Positions 38,435 through 47,300 of a DNA stretch of 54,769 nt are shown here, piece after piece. Origin of the DNA: Methanobacteriota archaeon (GTDB lineage Archaea > Thermoplasmatota > Poseidoniia > Poseidoniales > Poseidoniaceae); NCBI GenBank assembly GCA_009937025.1, contig JAACDG010000070.1, positions 1 to 54,769 on the forward strand. The letters are read 5' to 3'. Each line of letters starts with the position of its first letter. Position 1 is the first letter of the stretch. Both the position numbers and the translations under genes were made by a program. The notes below the pieces were generated by a model. That model had not been told where the DNA came from. It ran no database searches and was given only the letters and a program-made list of their open reading frames with translations.

Positions 38435-38887
38435 TTACCAGTCTTCTGGAATCTCAAGAGGAGAGAATAATTGTCCAGGGCCTTTGGCCTTTGACAACTG
38501 AGTTCGAGAGAGGGCCTCCCATGGACGAAGTGCCAGCAACCCCTCTGCTAATGATGCATCAATCTCTACGAGTGTTACGCGAATGAGTGTTGCCAAAATA
38601 TCCATTCGGTCAGCATCGATTATCTTGAAAATTTTTTCTAAGTCAAATGTAAACTCATTGCCATCATCATCTGGAGTTTCAATCACCCATGGGTGTGTAA
38701 CCGTATCAGGGAATTCTTGCTGAGTCGCAGTAATGTGTTCGTCTAATGAACGGGAAAGGCCCGCTATGTGCTTACTTAAGACAAGGCTCACTTCGATTAA
38801 TGGCATGTTCAATTGGTTGATGAGGTTGACCATGCGTTCTTGCAAAGTCACCATACCATCTATGGCCGAAGCCTTCTCGTTCGTCAT
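38435..38887 (-). CDS. Hypothetical helical cytoplasmic protein
   Basis: 150-aa ORF starting 9 nt after the giant gene's stop codon; no TM or signal peptide. Confidence 0.75.
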   Translation of the reverse strand: MTNEKASAIDGMVTLQERMVNLINQLNMPLIEVSLVLSKHIAGLSRSLDEHITATQQEFPDTVTHPWVIETPDDDGNEFTFDLEKIFKIIDADRMDILATLIRVTLVEIDASLAEGLLALRPWEALSRTQLSKAKGPGQLFSPLEIPEDW

Positions 38888-38896
38888 CTCAACAAC

Positions 38897-38989
38897 TCAC
38901 TTTTTCATTGCTTCAACGTATTGCCAGCCAAAGTGGTTCCATTGGTCTTGGGTCCATCCCTGAGGCAGTCCAGTCGGTGGAATTGGAGG
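38897..38989 (-). repeat. C-terminal PPIP-GLPxGWT-QW module, copy 3
   Basis: Encodes PPIPPTGLPQGWTQDQWNHFGWQYVEAMKK-stop. Confidence 0.85.
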
Positions 38990-41900
38990 TGGAGCCGGTG
39001 TTGTAACTACAGGTTTTGGCTGCGCTATTGGTGCAGGAGACGCTTGTGGTAGTGGAAGGGCCAAGCCAGGCGGAGGAGGTAAATTTTCATCGATATCAGG
39101 TAATGTTTTCGAGTGATTAAGTTCATCGAGAACTTCAGCAGTTTGGTCTTCTGCACCGCCTTCAAGTTCACCTTCACGGATTCGGCGATTCATGACTAAG
39201 AGCCACATGGCAAGGCTCAGAGAGAGCAATGCAATCAGATAGAGAACGATACTAAACGTTCCTTGCTGTGCTTGAAGGGCAAGAGCCTCCCCGTCACGGA
39301 TAGTCTGCTCTTTCACCAGCAATGGGTCGAGCGTCTTACGGTCCATTTCAACTTCATCAACAAGGACTAAAAGTCGGAATTCAATACTTTCACCAGCCTC
39401 GACATTGGCGATTGTTGGGAGTGTTCCTGTAATAACTGCGCCCGCTGTAGCAACCAAGTCCACCCGTGCTGTGTCTTCCCAGAAACCACCGTCAACTGCA
39501 CGCTGTAAGACAAAGGCTACATCGCCTTTCCCACCGAGATTACGAACTTCAAAGTTAAGTTCGACGGATTGTTGAGTTATTGGACTTGGGTCATCCCAAG
39601 ATAAAGAACTGGTGGCGGCATTCAAATCAATACTTGGCCCTAGAAGAGCTAATGACCAAGAGGCAATAGGTTGGGAAAGCGAGTTTCCAAGCGTGTTGAA
39701 AGGATTACCTGCTGAATCAGAACCAGAAACCCAAACATCCACCATATAGGACGGCAATAATGTCGTTGCTCCTGCATCGGTGAGGTCGAGTGTACCTGTC
39801 CAGAAAAATTGCTGCTCGAAAGGAGTCGTGTCCGGCAAAGGCATACTGCCCCGAGAAATTTCTGCTTCTCCTGCTCGAACACGATAATGCAAAACGGCAG
39901 GCTCATCAAGCGCAAAGCCATGGTCGTCAATTGTTTCAAGCATAACTAACAAGTCTCCACAAGCCCCAATTGACAACTCTGAACCTGCTGAAACTTCATC
40001 CAAAGCAACAGTTGCAATCGTTGGACGAGAACTGTCGACTGCAAGACGTACACGTTGTAGCGTAGGTGTTTCATCCATAGCTAAACCAGGTAAATCATCC
40101 AGTTCGAGACGGAGGTCGAGGTGGCCAGAAGGAACAGAGGGTATCAAGAGGTCGAGGCTAAACTCTCCATCTCCACGGGTAGAAGTTTTCCAGGTGTTAT
40201 CATAATCTCCAAAGACCACATCAAATGCACCCGCCGGAGCAGGTGTTTCATCTTCGGAAAAGAGAACTCGACCATTAACTCGTAATGCTTGTCCTGCACC
40301 AATCAACGTCTCTTCGAATTCAGGATTATAGTGGTTTGTTCCATCTCGAAGTTCTACAGCACGAATATGCCCCTCCATGGTATCAAATCTGAAATCGTTG
40401 TCAAGACTCCAAGCATCGTTTCCTAAACCAGCAGTAGCTTCGAAACAAGGTGTTTCTTCACCTTCATTACATGGCAAATCAGTAACAAGGATTTTTGGAA
40501 TAATTTTACTTATCCCATTTGTATCAAAGGATTCAGGGAATGTCCATGTTAATTGGAAACGTGCCAAGATTTTGATGATGCTGTTGTTATTTTCATCTAA
40601 ATCTACACTTGAATACAGATTTGAAACTGCTATATTGGCTGAACCAGACTCCATAACCGCAACAGGGTTCCCATCTGGTCCTTTCATCAAGGAAATGAAG
40701 ACTGAAGTTTCATCGTCATTAAAATTGCCACCAAGTGCGAGTTGAATATACTGGATATCTTGCCATCCATTCCGGTCGGAAAGAACAATTTGAGCAGTAT
40801 AAGGGATTCCTGGGTGCAATGGTGCTTGGTCATCATGCCCAAGAATTGTGGAATTATCAAGGTCGAGTTCAGGCTCAAATTCAACGCGTATTTGGTATGT
40901 ACCCAAATCATTATCCCAATTTGGAACTTCTTCTCCAGGCACATATCCGCATGCGATATTGCTGTCAGGACAGACGGGTCCACCACCCATTGCAATGGCA
41001 TTGTCTTGAGCGTCTTTACCGGTGATAAAGTAGGATACTCGTTGACCATGTTGAAGCATTGAATCATCGATGAGACCGTCAAAAATATGCATTCCACCGG
41101 CTTGAGTATCGGGGGATGTGAGGATTTTCATTTCATATTCGTCTGAATTTGGCAGGCCATCAAAATTATAATCGCTGCAGCCAAGAGATTCACTTGCTTT
41201 ACAACCAATCCAGTAATTGAGAGTCAATTGGTTTGGAGGGTCAACCGAATCTTGAACGAAGATACTCACTGCTTGGCCTCCAGGCGCAGGAGGTCCCGCA
41301 TGTCGTTCACTTCCATCACCCGGGGTCGAGGACAACACAAGAGGAGAATTACCATCCAAAACCAGTCGGATTGTATTGTATCCTGGGTTCGAATAAACTG
41401 AACCGTTCTGCATTTGTATTGCTTCGACGTAGAAGATCATTCCACCTGGAGAGGATTCCAGTGGAGACTGGAACGTAATATTGTATTCTCCAAACGCAGG
41501 GTTTTGTTCTTGTGCCAGAAGAATCGGTTCGCCTATTGGAACTCCGTCATATGTGACATTTTGTCCTAATATGCGCAAGAAGAATTGTCCTGCAAGTGGA
41601 GTAAGTTGAGAATTCTGGAAATAGATTCCTCCTGTGAAAGAGAGATTAAATCCACCTCGAACCCAATCTTGAGAATACAATTCTCTACCTGTTTCTTCAA
41701 AGACTCGCAAGCCATCGAGTTGAATATCATTTTCTACTGTTATGTCCAAATCTTCAGTTTCCCATGCAGCGACTGCTTGACCTAAGTCATCTTCGACCGT
41801 GATAAGTGCCTGCATTTTAAATTCATCATCCCAAGTCCAATTCACGGAAACTGGTATACGTATTGAGACTATACCATTGGAGTCTGTTGTCGATGTACAA

Positions 41901-44302
41901 TTTGCTGTATCGAATTGGACGATACCTCCCGCATCGCTGACAACCGAACATGTATCTCCACGTTGCCAATCAAATGCAGGGTTTTCCCCATAGGAATTGT
42001 TCAGTGCAATAAGAGACTCAGTTACTCGGTCGACATCATCGCCCGGTGCGATACGTACCTGTAAATTACGAGAGACACCGTCTGGAGAGAGAAGACCCCC
42101 CTCCAATGATGCATCAATCGCACGGGTTTGCATCTTGTAAGCAATATCGATGTTCGAGATTTTAACTCTGCCCGAAGTTGCTGCTTTCACAGCGATTGGG
42201 ATGAGCACATCTCCATCACCGTTTTGTGGAATATGTGAATTAAACGCTTGAACAAGTGTAGGTTGGTTCTTCACATCGACATTCACTACTGAATTATCAC
42301 TGGCGACCACCGCTGATTCATTGAGGAAGAGGAGAGACTCCCAATCCCAAATTAAATCGTTCCCGATGTCTAATTTCGGGCGGTCAGGGTAACCTTCCTC
42401 ATATTCCATCACAATCGAATCAATAAGAGGGGATAAAGTAACATCTGTGGTTGACAAACTGACAGCATATCGAATCGTATCTCCTGCTTCAGTTGATGGA
42501 AAACTGACTTCCTGATTATTTAATGCAGGAAGCCAAGTAGAACCGTTATCATTTGAAACTTGAACAATCATGGATGTGCCCGAGGGAATATCTGCGACCC
42601 AATTAGGCCTTACTTTACCGACTTTAGTGCCCGTATTATGGGGCGGTGAAGTCCAACTACCTGTCGGGGCATATTCAGTTGAATATTCAACATCCACCCA
42701 CCATGAAACTGCAGTGGAACCAATTAACTGCGCTTTCCAAACTAATTCAGTTCCGGGGTAGTCAAAGTGAATAGTAGAATTCGAAGTAACAGATTCCCAA
42801 TGAGTGCCATTGTCAGCCGAGACCCAGTAATCGACACGGTCTCCGATGGATGCTGCAGACCAATAGGTTTGCATATTTACACTCAAAATTGGGTCTCCTG
42901 ATTCAGTAACAGGTCCAAACCATGTTGTCGTTCCTGGGGCTGGAGTTGTTTTGTATTGCCATCCAGTACCATATTCTCGATAATATAATGTTGCTGAGGA
43001 CCATGTCGAGTATCCACAGTCAACAGTCACGAATCGTGTACCGTCGAATTGAAGTCCATACCCTAGAGCAGAAAGCAAACGTGTTCCCGATTGAGGAACC
43101 AGCGAAGTCGAAGTTCCGGAAATAGTCCAAGCTTCGAGTTGATCTTTGTCTTGACTGGAAGAACCCTTTTGGCAACGCATGAAGAATGTGCTTTCATTGA
43201 CTTCTAAGCCACGAACTTGTTGGCCAGTTTTACCACATTCCCATGAACTACCGGATGAAGAGGAAAAGGAAAACATGTCTTGTCCACGGGTATATTGCCC
43301 ATCGGCTTGGTCTCCAAAGGTGTAAGGCACAATTCGGCGTTGGGCGTTATGAACAATCCAAACCTCTTCTGTATCTCGGTCATAAGCAATGGCGGTATAG
43401 TCGGAATATTGCGGTGAAACATCATATGAATCAATACATTTCCAAGTATCGTCCCTCGAAATATCCATCTCAAGAACACGGTGATATTGTGTCGGAGCAG
43501 ATGAAGAGTAGTGGTAACGGTAGCCAGAAAGAATAGCGAACATTCGTTCATCATCGGTAATGGTCCAATCTCGGAAACCATAACTACCATAGTATGAACT
43601 TGAATGTAAATTTGGAAGAGTGCACTGTCCTTGATCTAAAGTTATAACCGATTCTTTCGTTGCATTATTTGGATAAAGTCGATGAACGATGTTGTGGAAA
43701 GAAGATGAACTCCACGTTGACATGAAAAGCCAATCATGGTGTTTGAGAATTGCACCTTGACCTTGTTTCATGAGGCCGGATGAAGTCTTGAGCGCTTGTT
43801 GTGAAAATCTGTTTTCAGTTGAGTTTGAGGTGTGTGGTTGGCGAACTGCATAGGAGCCATTGTCAAGCCATGCATCGGAAGCAGAATGTTCAACTTCATC
43901 GTAACCATGTGGGAAAAATGTTGTTGAACGATTGGAAAAGGCAAGACTCAAATCACCACTTCGCGCATCAGTTGCTGAAGTTGAACCTTCAATCCATTCA
44001 TCTCGATCATCGGTTACGGTTTGACTCCATCCGGTAGCAGAGGCGCCAGAAAGCGTCATTGAAACATCGGTAACCAATGCCCCCTTGGGCAGTGAAATCA
44101 TAGCCCCAGTATCGGGGTTTGCACCTTGATACAGTGCAACATATTCACTTGAACCATCATGAAGGGAATAGATATGTCTCGAGACTCCACCTGCCTCTGC
44201 AGAACCAACAACAACATCGGCCATCGGCCCCATAGGTGCTAAAACCATGATGAAAAAGAGCACGAACATTATTCCGCGGCCGTTCGATAATTCGTTCTGC
44301 AT
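38897..44302 (-). CDS. Giant surface protein (~1800 aa): propeller-like and Asp-box regions, Ig-like repeats, TM, Pro-rich GWT tail
   Basis: Signal peptide; SADNGTHW and SNDNGSTW Asp-boxes; DGNSP and DSSRP Ig linkers; TM IVLYLIALLSLSLAMWLLVM. Alternative start at 44374 (ATGA overlap). Confidence 0.85.
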   Translation of the reverse strand: MQNELSNGRGIMFVLFFIMVLAPMGPMADVVVGSAEAGGVSRHIYSLHDGSSEYVALYQGANPDTGAMISLPKGALVTDVSMTLSGASATGWSQTVTDDRDEWIEGSTSATDARSGDLSLAFSNRSTTFFPHGYDEVEHSASDAWLDNGSYAVRQPHTSNSTENRFSQQALKTSSGLMKQGQGAILKHHDWLFMSTWSSSSFHNIVHRLYPNNATKESVITLDQGQCTLPNLHSSSYYGSYGFRDWTITDDERMFAILSGYRYHYSSSAPTQYHRVLEMDISRDDTWKCIDSYDVSPQYSDYTAIAYDRDTEEVWIVHNAQRRIVPYTFGDQADGQYTRGQDMFSFSSSSGSSWECGKTGQQVRGLEVNESTFFMRCQKGSSSQDKDQLEAWTISGTSTSLVPQSGTRLLSALGYGLQFDGTRFVTVDCGYSTWSSATLYYREYGTGWQYKTTPAPGTTTWFGPVTESGDPILSVNMQTYWSAASIGDRVDYWVSADNGTHWESVTSNSTIHFDYPGTELVWKAQLIGSTAVSWWVDVEYSTEYAPTGSWTSPPHNTGTKVGKVRPNWVADIPSGTSMIVQVSNDNGSTWLPALNNQEVSFPSTEAGDTIRYAVSLSTTDVTLSPLIDSIVMEYEEGYPDRPKLDIGNDLIWDWESLLFLNESAVVASDNSVVNVDVKNQPTLVQAFNSHIPQNGDGDVLIPIAVKAATSGRVKISNIDIAYKMQTRAIDASLEGGLLSPDGVSRNLQVRIAPGDDVDRVTESLIALNNSYGENPAFDWQRGDTCSVVSDAGGIVQFDTANCTSTTDSNGIVSIRIPVSVNWTWDDEFKMQALITVEDDLGQAVAAWETEDLDITVENDIQLDGLRVFEETGRELYSQDWVRGGFNLSFTGGIYFQNSQLTPLAGQFFLRILGQNVTYDGVPIGEPILLAQEQNPAFGEYNITFQSPLESSPGGMIFYVEAIQMQNGSVYSNPGYNTIRLVLDGNSPLVLSSTPGDGSERHAGPPAPGGQAVSIFVQDSVDPPNQLTLNYWIGCKASESLGCSDYNFDGLPNSDEYEMKILTSPDTQAGGMHIFDGLIDDSMLQHGQRVSYFITGKDAQDNAIAMGGGPVCPDSNIACGYVPGEEVPNWDNDLGTYQIRVEFEPELDLDNSTILGHDDQAPLHPGIPYTAQIVLSDRNGWQDIQYIQLALGGNFNDDETSVFISLMKGPDGNPVAVMESGSANIAVSNLYSSVDLDENNNSIIKILARFQLTWTFPESFDTNGISKIIPKILVTDLPCNEGEETPCFEATAGLGNDAWSLDNDFRFDTMEGHIRAVELRDGTNHYNPEFEETLIGAGQALRVNGRVLFSEDETPAPAGAFDVVFGDYDNTWKTSTRGDGEFSLDLLIPSVPSGHLDLRLELDDLPGLAMDETPTLQRVRLAVDSSRPTIATVALDEVSAGSELSIGACGDLLVMLETIDDHGFALDEPAVLHYRVRAGEAEISRGSMPLPDTTPFEQQFFWTGTLDLTDAGATTLLPSYMVDVWVSGSDSAGNPFNTLGNSLSQPIASWSLALLGPSIDLNAATSSLSWDDPSPITQQSVELNFEVRNLGGKGDVAFVLQRAVDGGFWEDTARVDLVATAGAVITGTLPTIANVEAGESIEFRLLVLVDEVEMDRKTLDPLLVKEQTIRDGEALALQAQQGTFSIVLYLIALLSLSLAMWLLVMNRRIREGELEGGAEDQTAEVLDELNHSKTLPDIDENLPPPPGLALPLPQASPAPIAQPKPVVTTPAPPPIPPTGLPQGWTQDQWNHFGWQYVEAMKK

Positions 44303-44370
44303 GCCTGCCCCCCCATACAGGCTTAGGACCTTTGGTCTTTGAACCATGCGGATACCGGTGAGACGTAAAA

Positions 44371-47300
44371 TCATCCAGTTTGACGAGAATCATAGCGTAG
44401 AGGCGATGAGTCGCCACGGATGCCGTCTTGCTCATCATCATGCACCTCGAACCAATCTACCATCCAATCACCGTCTGTATCCCAATTGGTTGGGTCCGTT
44501 CCTTCCGCAATGTGGTCATTGTCTAAATCAAGTATATACCAACCGAATTCGTGTTCCCCAACTGCTCGAACTGGAGATGTGTCGGGTGAACCAACATAGT
44601 AAATATCCCAAGCATCTGTTCTGTTACCTGCCATCAGAACTTCATCATCGCTTGAATCAAGAACAAGGAAGTTGGTATCTTTGTCGTCGACCAGGTAGGC
44701 AAAGCGTATATCATTCGCAAAGGATTTGTCCAGCTTCATGTAATTTTCAGTACTTGTGCCAGAGGAATCGATTTTCAAAAGAGCAGCTCGTAATTGCCAC
44801 CATTCCAGTACGATTTCACCATCATAAATCATGCCACTAAGGCGAACAGCATTCGGAGACGAAAGATCTGAGTCTGTAATACCATAGAATTCTTGGAAAT
44901 TCGTATATGGCTCATACACACATCCAGCACCGCTACAGTCCCAGTTTCCATCTTGGTCGGGATCGTAATTTGCATCAACCGGGTCTGCAGGATTCAAAGT
45001 AAACCAAGAGGAAGAAAAATCAGGGCGAGAAAGAATTCCACCGGCGCCTTGTTGGGATAATGGCAAACAGGAACTTGTGTCTGTAGAACAAGCGCCACCA
45101 GTCGCAGCATCAATCCAAATCACTTGAATTTGTAACAAAGAACTGTAATTATCATTTGATTCATTCCACCCTCTCGAATATTCATACCAGTCAGGCAGCA
45201 TGTCTCCATCCGAATCGTTGTCACTTGGATTGATTCCATACTTGAAAACTTCACGTCCATCTGACAAATTGAAATCTTGTTCGTGGTAGACTACCACGCC
45301 ATTGGATACAACGGTCGAATAAGACACACTGTCGCTGTCCGAATCATTTGAATCCGGACGTGTTTGATTGTCCCATTCCATCCAATTTGTGAATGGTAAA
45401 TCTCCGAGACCAGATTGAATAATTGACGAACCTGGGGAAAATACCCGGCCCGACCAAGTTCCTTGCTCGGCAGGTTGGTCGAATACTGTGCGGTCATACC
45501 AACCATCATGGTCTCCATCATAATCTACATCCCACGGATTCAATGGGTTCGCAGCCCAATGGTTGATTGTAGTTACATCTTCCATTCCATAGAGTGCAAA
45601 GCAATATTCCCAGCCATCTTCGATTCCATCAGAGTCCGAATCGACATTTGTTGGGTCAGCAATTCCGAGTAAAGTTCGATTAAAGTTGTCTTCATTGTAC
45701 TCATTAATCATCTCCATACGGTCAGCACTTGATTGACTCTTTGAAGTAAAATCAGTATAGAGCGCTTGCTGTGCTTGTTGCGGTGATAATCCGAGTTCTT
45801 CCATGTAAGCATCCATGGCATCATCTCCGAAATTGATAATTCCATCTGCAACAGGAACTGAGAAACGCTCAGTGTATTTACCATATGTGCGTGATTCCCA
45901 TTCACGTAAATTCGAGAAACGTTCATCCATAGAAATATTGCCATCACCGTCGCAGTCGAAACTATCCCCATCTGTGTCAAGGTTGACATCACTGTCGATA
46001 AGTGGGTTCATGCTCCAACGGTTTTGCTCTAAGTCCCACTCGGTAAACCAGTATTCAAACCCGTCATACATTCCATCATCATCAGTATCTGGATTGGTTG
46101 GGTCTGACATGCCAAGAAGTGTCGAAAGAATTGCATTTGGAGGAACTCCTGCCTGCCAATCGTTGAAATCACTTAACAAACGCTTACCTCGAGTTTCTTT
46201 GGTAATGAGAATATTAAACACTCGTTGAGCCTTTTCTGTTGGTTGTTGAGCATCTCCATCAATGTGCAGAAGTGGGGCATCAGAAGGATGGTCTAATCCA
46301 TTGACTGGCGCCTCGATTGCGATAGCAAACTCTTGACTATCCGTGAGACCATCGCCATCACCATCAAACCCTCCATCACCCGGTACAAGCGGGTTGAGTG
46401 TCCAAGTTTCGGCGGTCAAATTCCACGATGTGAACAATTGCTCAATTCCATCGATCATACCATCGCCATCTGTGTCAACATTATTCGGGTCCGAAGTCCA
46501 TCCCGTCAAATTTACTTGGTCAGAAGTGATGAAAGAGCCAAAAGAGAATTCAACAGTATTTCCAGGCCATTGTTGCAGGGCAAACGCAGAACCAACCGTC
46601 GTTACAAACCATTGCGGTGATGACCGGTTCTGGTCGGTTTCACTGTATTCCGGTGCGATTGCATTGTATTCCTCCCAATTGGCCATTCCGTCATCATCGG
46701 CGTCTTCCCATCGGTCTGCAGGGTCCAAAGGATTCAGAGTCCATGCATCCTCGAGAACATTCCACCGAGCAAACCAAACTTCCCAGCCATCAGGCATTCC
46801 ATCTGAATCTGAATCTGCATTCAACGGGTCTGAAGACCCGACGTCGGTCAGGGACTGAAGGGCCGTAACCGAACCAGAGGCTCGTTCTCCAAAGTTTGCT
46901 TCAGGGATTCCAAACGAGCTAACATTGATGAATAAATCAGTGGAAAATCCTTGTGGGATAGGCACACCATCGAGTGTTTGATTCCCATTAAAAAGGTCAG
47001 AACGAATGTGGAATTCAAGATAGTTTACAAAGGCTTCAGAATCTTCCAAGACTCCATTGTGATTGATATCATAACCATCACCATCGGGATTTGCAAAGAG
47101 ATCAGATGCGTTGAGTGGATTCACACCTTGCCGTGATGGGTCCCAAGTACAGGAGCCACCGGATTCCCAACCGTCCGGCAATGTATCACCATCTGAATCA
47201 ATATTATTTGGGTCTGGCTCAAACCACTCGAGACTTGAGTTAATCGTTTCACCATGTGATTCGAGCAAGAGGCCTTCGATGGCTGCACCACGGACAAGCG

